Virus record (IMG/VR): IMGVR_UViG_3300044979_000004
Location: 1 to 64,000 of that record
Length of the DNA stretch: 64,000 nucleotides
DNA from: a virus
Direction: 5' to 3' (one strand)
The notes beneath the pieces were generated by a model. It made no database searches. It saw nothing but the letters and a program-made list of their open reading frames with translations, and was not told the DNA's origin. The number at the start of each line of letters is the position of its first letter. The stretch's first letter is position 1. This document shows, in pieces, positions 36,455 to 46,848 of this stretch. The position numbers and the translations under genes are program-made.

Positions 36455-37804
36455 ATGCCAGCACAGACCCAAGTAGCCTTCACCACTTCCGCCCCCGGTA
36501 ACTTTACCCTACCACACAATCTAGGAGTCATACCAGGATCGGTAATTTTTGAGTTCACATCTGGTGGAGTTGTATGGTTTCAAAATACCCGCTATGATGC
36601 GGAAAATCTATATCTAGTAGCATCTGATGCTGGCGTGACTGGGTTCGCAATTGTGTTCGCAAGTACAACACCGTCTTGCAACATGCAGAACCTAAACTCC
36701 ACTATTAGATTACAAGAAGTGGTAGACGATGCTTCAACACTCGGAGATGTGGCTCCAGCCTTGGCAACAGGCGGCGCAAGCATGGCACCGGCCCTAAGTA
36801 TTGCTAATGATGTGATGCAAGCACTTATCAACGGCGGTCCAGCGGGACAACCGTTCAATTGGAAGTGGAATCGATATAATCTTCCGCCATTCGCCACGAT
36901 AAGTTTGCAACAAGACTATTTCATCCCTAACCTAGTCAATCTTGGATGGATTGAAAGTGCGTGGGCAGTGAATATCAATCAGACATCAATTCCTAAGCAG
37001 AAGACCTTTCTAGAGGTTCGCAAGGATTTAGAAGTCTCATATGACCAGACCACGTACCCAGGAAAGGTTTGCTGGCTTCCCAACAAGATGCTAACAGTTG
37101 GCACATGGGGACAAGCTCCACTAGGGCCTCAACCCGGTTACCCAAGCGGTCAGACGACCGTTGCTGGACCTGGATTGACGGGACAACAGAACCCCGGCCC
37201 AGGCGTGATTTACACCAACCCAATCGGAACACTGATTACTCCGATGAATGCAACTACGGCTATTGCTGATCCCTATGGTAATCTATGGTGCCTGACAACA
37301 TTTGGTCAGTGTGGCGATACCGAACCGACATGGCCCACTAACCCAACGTTCCCAACCCTTCGCAACCCGAACATTCTGCCGACAACGGTAGTTGACGGGT
37401 CATGCGTGTGGACAGCTATTAACCCGAACGGACAAGGTATAAGACTCGATCCAATTCCTCCTCAAACAGGGGTTGTTTGGATGATTCAGATTGTTGGGCA
37501 GATGAGGGCACCAAGGTTCTTTAACCTTAGTCAGTATATCAATCCGATTCCAGACGATTTTGAATGGGCCTTCAAACAGGGCTTCTTTGCTCAGTGTTAT
37601 CGAAGAAATCCGGACCCTAGAGTACGTGCTAAGTTCCAACAAGAACAGCAACTCTGGTTGGATGCTCTTGATAAGGCTGTCAAGCAAGTTGACCGTGAGA
37701 TGGACGATTTCGGATTCTACCCTACCTCCATGATCCTCGACACAGGTTGGGGCGTGAACCCGATTAATCCCGCGCAACCCTTCGGTCCCTGGACCGGATG
37801 GTAA
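36455..37804 (+). CDS. Putative head-tail adaptor / tail protein
   Basis: PFNWKWNR, QQDY, IRLDPIP, PIPDDF motifs; paralogous to 38598 ORF. Confidence 0.6.
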   Translation: MPAQTQVAFTTSAPGNFTLPHNLGVIPGSVIFEFTSGGVVWFQNTRYDAENLYLVASDAGVTGFAIVFASTTPSCNMQNLNSTIRLQEVVDDASTLGDVAPALATGGASMAPALSIANDVMQALINGGPAGQPFNWKWNRYNLPPFATISLQQDYFIPNLVNLGWIESAWAVNINQTSIPKQKTFLEVRKDLEVSYDQTTYPGKVCWLPNKMLTVGTWGQAPLGPQPGYPSGQTTVAGPGLTGQQNPGPGVIYTNPIGTLITPMNATTAIADPYGNLWCLTTFGQCGDTEPTWPTNPTFPTLRNPNILPTTVVDGSCVWTAINPNGQGIRLDPIPPQTGVVWMIQIVGQMRAPRFFNLSQYINPIPDDFEWAFKQGFFAQCYRRNPDPRVRAKFQQEQQLWLDALDKAVKQVDREMDDFGFYPTSMILDTGWGVNPINPAQPFGPWTGW

Positions 37805-37850
37805 TGATTCTAAATGACTTATTGTAATCCGGTATCTAGATAGAAAATGT

Positions 37851-37879
37851 TTGACAAATGTCTAGTGCCGTGTTATAAT
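37851..37879 (+). promoter_or_regulatory. Consensus sigma70 promoter
   Basis: TTGACA-17-TATAAT, ATG 37886 at +7. Confidence 0.85.
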
Positions 37880-37885
37880 AGGTGT

Positions 37886-38521
37886 ATGAATGATAAAAGA
37901 CATACTCATTGTAAGCAAGGACACGAGCTTACTGATGAAAATACTTACCAAGTCTACAATAAGAACGGGACCAAGAATGGAAGACGGTGCCGACTTTGCA
38001 CTAAAACACCTGCCGCTTTAGCATATAAGAATGCCAAAGCTAAAGAGTATTACGCAAACGATCCTGAGAAATTCAAAGCCGTTCAGAGGGATTATCGGTC
38101 TAGAACATACGTTCCAAAAGTAAAGCTGCCTAAGACGCATTGCAAACGGGGCCATGAATGGATACATGAAAATATCTACACATGGACTACCAAACAGAAC
38201 CACGTTTTAACGTGTTGTAAACTCTGCGCTAAAGAGAAATACTCTAGAAGAGCACTTCAAGTTAGAGAAAACCACTTGCAAAGAGCGTTTGGTCTAACGT
38301 TGCAACAATTTGGAACCATGCTAGAGGAGCAAGGTGGGACTTGTTATCTTTGTAAGACTACTGTACCGGGCGGCAACGGTGATTTTCACGTTGACCATTG
38401 TCACAAGTCAGGTAAAATAAGGAAACTACTTTGTATGGAGTGCAACCGGGCGTTAGGAGCGGTAAAGGACGATCCAGTTCTTCTCAGGCGAATGGCTGAC
38501 TACCTAGAACAGCATCAGTAA
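37886..38521 (+). CDS. Endonuclease VII-like homing endonuclease
   Basis: Two THCK.GHE..N..C..C repeats; QGGTCYLC..HVDHCHKSGKIRKLLCMECN. Confidence 0.88.
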   Translation: MNDKRHTHCKQGHELTDENTYQVYNKNGTKNGRRCRLCTKTPAALAYKNAKAKEYYANDPEKFKAVQRDYRSRTYVPKVKLPKTHCKRGHEWIHENIYTWTTKQNHVLTCCKLCAKEKYSRRALQVRENHLQRAFGLTLQQFGTMLEEQGGTCYLCKTTVPGGNGDFHVDHCHKSGKIRKLLCMECNRALGAVKDDPVLLRRMADYLEQHQ

Positions 38522-38538
38522 AAACACAAACACCACTT

Positions 38539-38587
38539 ATACCCCTAGATATAGGCGCTAAAGCCGTCTAGGGGTATTTTTCTTTTT
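38539..38587 (+). terminator. Rho-independent terminator
   Basis: ATACCCCTAGA...TCTAGGGGTAT followed by T tract. Confidence 0.8.
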
Positions 38588-38597
38588 GGAGATATAA

Positions 38598-39518
38598 ATG
38601 CCCGCATCAACAATCACAATTGCACAAACGGCGAACTGGGCAAGACGTTTCGTGTTCCTTCGCAACCTACAGCAGGGAAATTTTAACGAGCCTGCCATTA
38701 CGAGCGCCAATACAATTCTACAGACGATTGTGGGTGCGCCTTTTGCGTGGCGTTGGAACCGAGCGGTCATCGGATTCGTCACAGTCCCAGGACAACAGGA
38801 CTATACTATCTTCAATTGGCAACCCGATGAAGACCTAAGTTTAGGATATGTGTTGGTGGACAGCAATGGATACTCTCAGCAGGTTACAACTCCTGGTGAA
38901 ACTGGGTCTACGATTCCCACATTCAATCCAACAGTGGGACAGACTACTTCTGATGGATCAGTTGTGTGGACCAATATGGGATCGATTGGGGTTGGTAATA
39001 CATCGACTGAGTACAACTTCGACTGGATCGAAACAGCATCGGTACAAGAGACTACCAATCAGTGTACTAAGTCGTGGAAAGAAATATCAGTAAAACTGAA
39101 TCTTGCTCTTGAGTCAGCGCAAAGTCGCCCGCACGATGTATCGGCGCAGTATCAGGATGCTAACGGAAATATCACGTTCCGTTTAATGCCTACTCCAGAC
39201 AAAGCGTACCCGGTGGTGCTATCGATTCAGCAGAAACCTCCGGTCATTAACAGCATGGGAGACACTTGGGGACCGATTCCTGATGAATACAGTCGTCTTT
39301 ACAATTGGGGGTTTCTAGCCCTAGCGTATCTGTATGCTGATGATGCGAGATTCACTGCCGCTAACCAGAAGTTTATAGCGGCCCTTCTAAGCACATCTCA
39401 AGGTCTATCACAGACTGAGCGCAATATTTGGCTCAACAACTGGCAGGCCCTTACCGGCGTGCCTCTTGAGAATGCTAGCAAGGTTCAACAAGGATTCACT
39501 GGACGGAGTAACCTATAA
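38598..39518 (+). CDS. Putative head-tail adaptor / tail protein
   Basis: PFAWRWNR, GQQDY, FRLMPTPDKAY, PIPDEY. Confidence 0.6.
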   Translation: MPASTITIAQTANWARRFVFLRNLQQGNFNEPAITSANTILQTIVGAPFAWRWNRAVIGFVTVPGQQDYTIFNWQPDEDLSLGYVLVDSNGYSQQVTTPGETGSTIPTFNPTVGQTTSDGSVVWTNMGSIGVGNTSTEYNFDWIETASVQETTNQCTKSWKEISVKLNLALESAQSRPHDVSAQYQDANGNITFRLMPTPDKAYPVVLSIQQKPPVINSMGDTWGPIPDEYSRLYNWGFLALAYLYADDARFTAANQKFIAALLSTSQGLSQTERNIWLNNWQALTGVPLENASKVQQGFTGRSNL

Positions 39519-39802
39519 TGCCATCAAAAGTAGCCCTACCAATCAACACCTTTCAGCTAGCTAACGGCGCTCCAGTGGCGAACGGAAACCTTCTAATCAG
39601 GTTGAGCCAGCCGGGATCGGTTGATGATGCGCAAATCAACGCTAACTTCACCAGCATATCCCTTAACTCTAGCGGGCAGATTGAGGGTAGTCCTACGTTT
39701 TGGCCGAATGCTGATATTCTTCCGGCTGGAACCTACTACATTTTGTTGGTATTTTCATCATCAGGACAGAGAGTGGCCGGTGCTAACAAGTTAACGGTAT
39801 AG
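39518..39802 (+). CDS. Small virion protein (paralog of 42996 ORF)
   Basis: FQ..NG....NG.L..RL.Q..FWPN....P..TYY..SSSGQ. Confidence 0.65.
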   Translation: MPSKVALPINTFQLANGAPVANGNLLIRLSQPGSVDDAQINANFTSISLNSSGQIEGSPTFWPNADILPAGTYYILLVFSSSGQRVAGANKLTV

Positions 39803-39810
39803 GAGAGACG

Positions 39811-42708
39811 ATGAACATTTTTAAGAAGCTATTAGGACTGGCCGTTATTGCGCTAGCAGTTGTAACTCCTAACTACGCGCAACAGTATCAGTCACAAACC
39901 GCTCCAATTTACGCGACGAACGCCAAGTACGCCAATGGAGTATCACCTGGATTTGCTCTGACAGCGGGAACAGGGTTGAACATTTTGGTAGGACAGGGTA
40001 CGAGTTTTTGCAATACGGTGATTCAGGAAAGAACTACTACTGCCGCTGACACGCCTTTGGCACTTACTGCCAGTACGACAAATTATGTCTACCTTGATAC
40101 CACAGCTAATTGCGCTCCTGCGGTGAGCACTTCTGTATTTACAGCGACACAAATCCCATTGGCGAGAGTTGTAACAGGTACATCGTCTATTACCTCAATT
40201 GATGACGTGCGCGGGTACTTCTTTAACTCAGCAGGCACCCCTGGAGATGGAACGGTTACCAACTTGGTTGTTGGAAATCTGTCACCACTATTCACGTCAG
40301 GAGTGACTAATCCGACCAGCACGCCAAGCGTATCGTATACACTATCTACAACGGCCAATGACACTGTATTCGCTAACTTTAGCGGATCAACAGGTGCCCC
40401 TTCATGGTGGACACTGGCAGCGGGAGCAAACATCACGTTTACCCCTTCTGGTAGCACGCTAATCATTGCAGCGACAGGCGGTGGAGGCGGAAGTCTCACT
40501 CTTGAGCACAATGGCGTGGCACTTACGGACCAATCACTTCTTAATTTCAGTGACACTACTCCTTCGGCACCGGCTGGCAATGAGAATGTGACGTTTCAAT
40601 CGAACTCAGGTGGTGCGCTGTCCGGATACATTCCGACCACAGCCTCGCAACTTCAATTTACCCCTACCCCGCCAATATCAGGACAGTACGTGGTTGTGTA
40701 TGCCACAGCGGTAACCCCAATCGCAGGAGGTCTTGGACCGGGTTGCGGCATGACTTCAGTGCCAACAGGGTCCACTTTTTCTACCATAAATTCGCTTATA
40801 GCCGGAAACAACTCTTGCGGCAACGGTCTAACCTCTAACCAATGGGGAGCACTTTGGAGCAACTACACACTGCCTTCATATGTGGTGCCTGCCAATGTAA
40901 CGGCAATTTACGCGTTTGCGGTTAACAGTTTCGGACCCTGGTATCCTGGTACTTCAACTGTCGCGGTGACTTGTACGCCAGTTGGATCAGGTGCAGTTAA
41001 TTTGTACACTGCCAGTCAAGCGTACAATCTAACTCAGTTTACACAGCTTCTTTCAACTGCAACGGGAAGCAATATTGGGTCCACGACTTGTACGGGATAT
41101 GTGAACTATTCAAACCCTCCGCCATCAGGCGCGGTTACTACTTTGAACATGCCGAGCATTGGCTTGATTGTCTATTACACAGGTTCGGCTCCGCCCGCTA
41201 CGAACACTATCAATGTTGGTTCACCATTGTTCTACAATGCTGCGGATAACACTCTTGGAATCGACCCTAACGCGGAATTCCCTGCAAGCAGACTAGTAGG
41301 TGTGACAGTAAGTACACTACCTGCTGCTGCGGTAACCGTTGGAACTGTGACTCTGATCAAGGACGGAACTACATCCACTGATTGTACAACAGGTGGAGGT
41401 TCTAACCCTGTAGTTTGTTACTCTAACGGAACTGCCTACTCAGCATATGGAGGAGGCGGTGGAAGCGGAATCACAGCTTTAACTGGAGACGTAACGGCTA
41501 CGGGACCGGGTTCTGTTGCAGCTACAGTTGTGGACATCCCTCCTCACGTAGCACTAACCGGAACACCATCACCAGGGCAAGTTCCAACAGCAACAGGAGG
41601 CACTTCTGCCACATGGCAGACTCCTTCGGCTGCATCGAACAGTCCTCAGACAGTTCTTTTACCTAACGATACCACTACGGGAACAACTGTCGGACTAATG
41701 GCTTGCTGGAATACGTCAGCCATTCACCAACAGGAAGTTGTAAATTGTCCTGCTGGTACAGCTTCAAATGGCACGGACAATAACCCTCCTATTGTCGGTG
41801 TGTGTGTAGCCGGTTGCGGAACAAGCGGACTAGCAACTATCCAATTTGCCGGTCAGGTAAGTTGGAACTGCGACATGCAACTTGTGACTCCAACTGTCGG
41901 CAACGGCTATTGGGTTCAGGTGTCGGCAACTACTGCTGGTGAATGTACGCAACCAACAGGGTCATTTGCACCATCACCAAATGAGAACCCTGAAGGTAAC
42001 ACAGTACTAGGACGTGTACTAGCTCTCAACTCCGGAGTGGGAACGGCTGGAACAATTGAATTGCTGCCGTTCGGCTCATACGGACTTGGTAACGGTACGG
42101 GACCAGCAGTAACTAATTTTGCGTTGCTGTTCAACGGTTCACCTTTTGGGGCAATGTCGTATTCGGGTCAGGAACCATCTACATTCACCGTTCCATATGC
42201 AATCGCCACAAACGGCTTGTTTATACACCAACCAGGCTCCAACGCGGGTGCGGTGATTGGCAACGCCGGATTGGGAGTAAGCGGAACGGACATCTCTTTT
42301 GATATGTTTGTTCACGGTTCTGGAAGTCCGCCTCAATCGATGTTCCGATTCGATGGCTCTCAGTATCAACCGCCATCGGCTTGCGGCTCTGGAGGGTTCG
42401 CGGCTTGCAGTTCAGCTACCGGAACTATCACACTTGGCGGACACAACGGAAACTTCGATCCTGGCAACAGTACAGGAGTCTTTATCATCAAGCTAGCAGG
42501 AAATGCCACAACGTTTACTCCGGTAACGGATGACAACCCTGGTCATATTCTGACGTTTGAATTTGAAGCTCCTGCCAGCGGAGGACCGTTTACTTGGGCA
42601 TGGCCAAGTGGCTTTGTGAACGCACCAACTATATCACTTTCATCAGGGGCAAATGCAATTGTAGCTCAGTTCCTATTCGATGGCACTAACTATAATTACA
42701 TCCCATAG
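39811..42708 (+). CDS. Large fibre-like protein with N-terminal signal peptide
   Basis: MNIFKKLLGLAVIALAVVTPNYA-QQ; Thr/Gly-rich, GITALTGDVT shaft motif, many Cys. Confidence 0.7.
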   Translation: MNIFKKLLGLAVIALAVVTPNYAQQYQSQTAPIYATNAKYANGVSPGFALTAGTGLNILVGQGTSFCNTVIQERTTTAADTPLALTASTTNYVYLDTTANCAPAVSTSVFTATQIPLARVVTGTSSITSIDDVRGYFFNSAGTPGDGTVTNLVVGNLSPLFTSGVTNPTSTPSVSYTLSTTANDTVFANFSGSTGAPSWWTLAAGANITFTPSGSTLIIAATGGGGGSLTLEHNGVALTDQSLLNFSDTTPSAPAGNENVTFQSNSGGALSGYIPTTASQLQFTPTPPISGQYVVVYATAVTPIAGGLGPGCGMTSVPTGSTFSTINSLIAGNNSCGNGLTSNQWGALWSNYTLPSYVVPANVTAIYAFAVNSFGPWYPGTSTVAVTCTPVGSGAVNLYTASQAYNLTQFTQLLSTATGSNIGSTTCTGYVNYSNPPPSGAVTTLNMPSIGLIVYYTGSAPPATNTINVGSPLFYNAADNTLGIDPNAEFPASRLVGVTVSTLPAAAVTVGTVTLIKDGTTSTDCTTGGGSNPVVCYSNGTAYSAYGGGGGSGITALTGDVTATGPGSVAATVVDIPPHVALTGTPSPGQVPTATGGTSATWQTPSAASNSPQTVLLPNDTTTGTTVGLMACWNTSAIHQQEVVNCPAGTASNGTDNNPPIVGVCVAGCGTSGLATIQFAGQVSWNCDMQLVTPTVGNGYWVQVSATTAGECTQPTGSFAPSPNENPEGNTVLGRVLALNSGVGTAGTIELLPFGSYGLGNGTGPAVTNFALLFNGSPFGAMSYSGQEPSTFTVPYAIATNGLFIHQPGSNAGAVIGNAGLGVSGTDISFDMFVHGSGSPPQSMFRFDGSQYQPPSACGSGGFAACSSATGTITLGGHNGNFDPGNSTGVFIIKLAGNATTFTPVTDDNPGHILTFEFEAPASGGPFTWAWPSGFVNAPTISLSSGANAIVAQFLFDGTNYNYIP

Positions 42709-42717
42709 GAGAACGAC

Positions 42718-42993
42718 ATGAAGATAGACTTCATTAGATCAGCATTCAGTGAGCCAGACGGCAACGGATCGTCTTCACGAATATTGATTGCCATTCTTAT
42801 TGCATTTACACTAGGGGTAGGGATCGCATTCTCTACCCTAGTGTTTTCCAAGAGAGTAACAATCGATCAGTTCGAAGGGTACATGTCTTCTGGAGCAAAC
42901 TTTATCATAACTACATGCGGCCCACTGTACGGTATCAACAAAGTGTCGGACGCTTATAAGAACAGACCTGGGCAAAACAACCAAGGACAATAA
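42718..42993 (+). CDS. Two-helix membrane protein (holin-like)
   Basis: FSEPDGNGSSSR then hydrophobic segments, YGINK. Confidence 0.55.
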   Translation: MKIDFIRSAFSEPDGNGSSSRILIAILIAFTLGVGIAFSTLVFSKRVTIDQFEGYMSSGANFIITTCGPLYGINKVSDAYKNRPGQNNQGQ

Positions 42994-42995
42994 GC

Positions 42996-43331
42996 ATGGC
43001 AATAAACCAAATTTCGGGCGGAGCATTTCAAGATTCTGTCGGTAACGTGTTAGCTAACGGCTATCTTGTATTCCGATTAAATCAAGATGCAACCGTGACT
43101 ACCAATCCGCAAATCTGCTCAGACTATGAGGTAACAGTCCCGTTGGATGAGAATGGCAATGTAGTCCTATCGCCTGCTTATTCCTTCTGGCCAAATGATC
43201 AGCTAACACCAAGCAACACATTTTACACGGTAACAGCTTACTCGGCAAGTGGCCAGTTAGTTTGGGGACCATCTTACAATCGTGTACTCTCATCACCATC
43301 CCCATTTGATATTGGCGCATGGACGCCTTAA
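42996..43331 (+). CDS. Small virion protein (paralog of 39518 ORF)
   Basis: FQDSVGNVLANG..FWPNDQLTPSNTFY..SASGQLVWGP. Confidence 0.65.
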   Translation: MAINQISGGAFQDSVGNVLANGYLVFRLNQDATVTTNPQICSDYEVTVPLDENGNVVLSPAYSFWPNDQLTPSNTFYTVTAYSASGQLVWGPSYNRVLSSPSPFDIGAWTP

Positions 43332-43343
43332 AGGAGAACTACA

Positions 43344-46088
43344 GTGCCCAATAATTTAGGCCTAGCAGGGTCGAGCGCCCAGAAACAAACCAGATTTGCT
43401 CCCATCTTTACGAGCCGATTCTTTTCCGGACTTTGGACAAACCGCTCTCCTTTGCGCGATGCCACTACGTCTCGCATTGTTGAGAAATTTTATGGTCAAG
43501 CCGGGGATGCCTTGATCGCCGGAACGAATGTAGAGATTACAACGAAGCTTACTTTGGCCCGTAGACCCGGACTATCACTATATGACAGCTTCGACACCTT
43601 TACTGGAACAGACAGGTTCTACGAGTTTAAGCTGTTCAACACAACTACTGAACAGATCAATGTCATGATCGACACCGCCAATACCTTGTACTCACTCTTC
43701 GCCAGCGTGCGCAAGACTGTTTTCACAAAGAGCACAGGTGCCGGACAATCGTTCATGCAGTCAGTGGGAAATATCCTGTACTTTGGGGATGGGGTTGATA
43801 ACAAGAAGTGGCTACAAACTCTATTCGCTTGGACTGCAAACACCCCATTGGGGACAGGAACCACACCGTTTTTCACTACCTATTATACTGATTTTGTTGG
43901 CAACATACAGCAGCTTGTTGGCACCAATGTGCCAATTACCGGAACCGTTCTTACAGCGCCAAGCCCCGGCGTTGGTCCTGTACTAACTATCAACTCTAGC
44001 GTAGCTCTAAATTCTATCGTTGCTGTTGGAGATGAGATTACGTTTCCAAATGTCATGGTTGCAACGTGGCTGGAAAATCAAACATCAACGATTCTGAGTA
44101 TTACCGGCACATCAATGGTTGTGACGTATCCGCTGCAATGGCTTCAAGCAGCAGGAACTACCGCAGAGACAGTTAGTGGTATTGTGTATAATGGAGGCAC
44201 ACCTACAACCGGCTCAGTCGAACCTAGTAACACAGGCGGATTAAACCAAACTGCCAGCGTAGTTACGCCTGGAGCCAGCGGCTATACATATGTCACTGCA
44301 ACCATCGGAACATTGACAATTGATGGCTCAGCAGTGTGGGCAAATAGAGGCAATCCGGTAGAGAATTGGGGACTGTCTAATATCAATAATGCCCCGATGG
44401 TGCCGTTGCCCACAGCAACAACACATATTGGGCGAGGCGGGCAGATTCCTTTCTATGTAGCGGACAGCACCGTTTATTCAGTTGGGGAATTTGTAATTGA
44501 TACTAACAACAATATTCAGAAATGCACAACGGCTGGAACTACTGGCCTAGCAGGACCAACCTTTAATACAGTGTTGGGACAAACCACAGCGGATGGCTCA
44601 GTAGTATGGACGTTAGAATACACTGGAGCAACGAGCGCAACTAACGGTGGCTGGAGATACTGCGTAGCTCTGGTCAACACTTTAGACAACACCGTGTCCA
44701 ATTGCTCACCCTTGTCTTTGACTGTTGGTAATTTCACTGGAGCACAAGGAGTATTCATTCCACCGGGCGCAGGATTGCCAGCAAACTCCTCAGGTGCAGT
44801 AAGTATAGACACTCAAGCGGATTACGTAGCAATTTTCAGGACCACAGATGGGCAATCGGTTCCATTTTTGATTCCATCTACAAGTGGAGTCTTGAGCGCT
44901 ACATTACCACTTGCTGAATACTTACAACTCGGATTTATTGACACCGTGCCAGATTCACAGTTGAATAACCTTGTGTCCGGTGCTATTGCAGGAGAGAACA
45001 CCCCTCCTGCACCAGGAGCAATCAACCTTGCCTACCATTTGGGATGTATTTGGTACAGTATTGGAAATGTGGTATACTACACTTCTGGACCAGCGACACC
45101 AGTAGGCAACGGACTGAACGGCACTAATCCGTTAAATACAGATAGTATGCCTTCTCTAGTCAAGCGCCTTGTACCTACGGCAACTGGCATGTTGGTGTTT
45201 ACTGTATCGGATGTTTATCTGATTCAAGGAAGCAACACCGCCAATAGCCCAATTCTACCAGCACTGCCAATTCTTCCCGGTATTGGACTTCTTAGTTACA
45301 ATGCTTTGGACCTGAACGGGTCACTGATTGGTCTGTTTACTACAGACAACCAATTCTTGATTCTAGACCCTTCGAACGGAACTACATACGCAGGTCTGCC
45401 AATTGGGGATCAGTTGCTCATGAACAATGGCAACCCAGGCCAGAGTTGGAATCCGGCTACTGCCTATGTTGCATGGCACGTACAAGGTATGGATCAGGGC
45501 TGGTATCTTTGTGATGGTGTAAATGGATGGTATAAACTAATTCCGACGCCTTCACCAGAAGGACCGGGTTATACATGGTCACCTTTTGCCACGATCACAG
45601 GCGGAGCGGGAGCAGTTCAAAGCGTTGAAATTACACCGGGCGTACACAGGCTACTTGTTGCTCCCGTTGGAACTGGCTACATTCTACAGAGAAATCTAAA
45701 TGTGTGGACGGATAATGGAACACCGTATCCTGCGAACGCAACAGTCGGCTCAGCCGTACTGACGCAGCCCGGACAGGTTGCAACGGTTGCTCACATCGTA
45801 ACAGATTGTGTGAAGATCGGTTCTCCGCTTTCTCTTGGAGTCTTGGTGGACGAAGCGCTGCCTTATTATACCGGGCCTATTGACATCTTGAAACGTTGGG
45901 TGTCTGATCCACCAGGATTGAAAGAAAGTAGATCATTCTGGAGTCAACGATTCTATCTCTCGGAATTAGAAGATGAATCTGCCACAATGCGGCACATGCA
46001 AATTGTGATAATTTTCGACCCTAGCGACACGGTGGCCAACGAAATTCAGACATTGACCATATTTGGAGCCTTTTTGCAGGAGCAATAG
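43344..46088 (+). CDS. Putative tail nozzle / DNA stabilization protein
   Basis: 914 aa, N-terminal LARRPGL, beta-propeller-like segments; position before ejection proteins. Confidence 0.6.
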   Translation: MPNNLGLAGSSAQKQTRFAPIFTSRFFSGLWTNRSPLRDATTSRIVEKFYGQAGDALIAGTNVEITTKLTLARRPGLSLYDSFDTFTGTDRFYEFKLFNTTTEQINVMIDTANTLYSLFASVRKTVFTKSTGAGQSFMQSVGNILYFGDGVDNKKWLQTLFAWTANTPLGTGTTPFFTTYYTDFVGNIQQLVGTNVPITGTVLTAPSPGVGPVLTINSSVALNSIVAVGDEITFPNVMVATWLENQTSTILSITGTSMVVTYPLQWLQAAGTTAETVSGIVYNGGTPTTGSVEPSNTGGLNQTASVVTPGASGYTYVTATIGTLTIDGSAVWANRGNPVENWGLSNINNAPMVPLPTATTHIGRGGQIPFYVADSTVYSVGEFVIDTNNNIQKCTTAGTTGLAGPTFNTVLGQTTADGSVVWTLEYTGATSATNGGWRYCVALVNTLDNTVSNCSPLSLTVGNFTGAQGVFIPPGAGLPANSSGAVSIDTQADYVAIFRTTDGQSVPFLIPSTSGVLSATLPLAEYLQLGFIDTVPDSQLNNLVSGAIAGENTPPAPGAINLAYHLGCIWYSIGNVVYYTSGPATPVGNGLNGTNPLNTDSMPSLVKRLVPTATGMLVFTVSDVYLIQGSNTANSPILPALPILPGIGLLSYNALDLNGSLIGLFTTDNQFLILDPSNGTTYAGLPIGDQLLMNNGNPGQSWNPATAYVAWHVQGMDQGWYLCDGVNGWYKLIPTPSPEGPGYTWSPFATITGGAGAVQSVEITPGVHRLLVAPVGTGYILQRNLNVWTDNGTPYPANATVGSAVLTQPGQVATVAHIVTDCVKIGSPLSLGVLVDEALPYYTGPIDILKRWVSDPPGLKESRSFWSQRFYLSELEDESATMRHMQIVIIFDPSDTVANEIQTLTIFGAFLQEQ

Positions 46089-46160
46089 AATCAACAACTT
46101 ACAAGGAAACGATGAACAAGGGAAATAGAACAAATCATCCGATCCACAGGGAGATTTAAA

Positions 46161-46397
46161 ATGCCAGCATTAAGTGATGCAATCGGGCAGGATTTGAGTA
46201 ACTATGTTGGTGTAGAGCCAATAAGTGCCCAATCTAATCCCACAACAGCCAATGGGGGCACCGTAAGTCTATTGCCGGTAGGCACTGGATTTATTAGATG
46301 CCCTCTACCAATCCTGTCCCAAGCATCGGATCAGCTTAGATCATTTTATCTAGGCAACCGTGCAACACAGAATAGAATCTACGTAGCCCAGAGCTAA
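46161..46397 (+). CDS. Hypothetical protein
   Basis: GGGAG RBS. Confidence 0.5.
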   Translation: MPALSDAIGQDLSNYVGVEPISAQSNPTTANGGTVSLLPVGTGFIRCPLPILSQASDQLRSFYLGNRATQNRIYVAQS

Positions 46398-46404
46398 GGA
46401 ATAA

Positions 46405-46848
46405 ATGATCACGAGTCGATACATAACTGCGGAAGACTACCCGTTATTGGAAACAAGTTTAGCTGCTGATCCCTACCATAAAGGAACGTCAATAGATTTC
46501 TTCAAAGAGCAGAACACCGTTACAAGTGTGTATTCATTTGATGATGAGTTGATCTTGTTCACGAGAGGAAAAGTAGTATCAACCAGTGGACCGGCGTTCA
46601 TACAACTTGACATTCAATTTATCAACAACGAAAGTCGGGCTAAAAACCTGATAGTCATGTTGACAGGATTTTATGAATTGGAGAAGAAATCCAGACAAGA
46701 AGGATTTGCCGGATTCATATTCCACAGCGATGTACCTTTACTCCGGAAGTTTTGCATTCGCAGGCTAGGATTCAGCGAATGGGGAGACTTCTTGGTGAAA
46801 GTTTTTGAACAAGCGCCCCTTGACACGGGCCTAGGAGTTGAGGTATAA
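46405..46848 (+). CDS. Hypothetical protein, possibly GNAT-fold tail assembly factor
   Basis: LRKFCIRRLGF motif; position between nozzle and ejection genes. Confidence 0.5.
   Translation: MITSRYITAEDYPLLETSLAADPYHKGTSIDFFKEQNTVTSVYSFDDELILFTRGKVVSTSGPAFIQLDIQFINNESRAKNLIVMLTGFYELEKKSRQEGFAGFIFHSDVPLLRKFCIRRLGFSEWGDFLVKVFEQAPLDTGLGVEV

Noticed and set aside
3100-46101. Host assignment (e.g. Acidobacteriota) from IHF-like AATCAACAACTTA motifs and leaderless promoters
   Set aside because: Suggestive from memory only; needs tRNA/tmRNA, CRISPR-spacer or protein homology searches.
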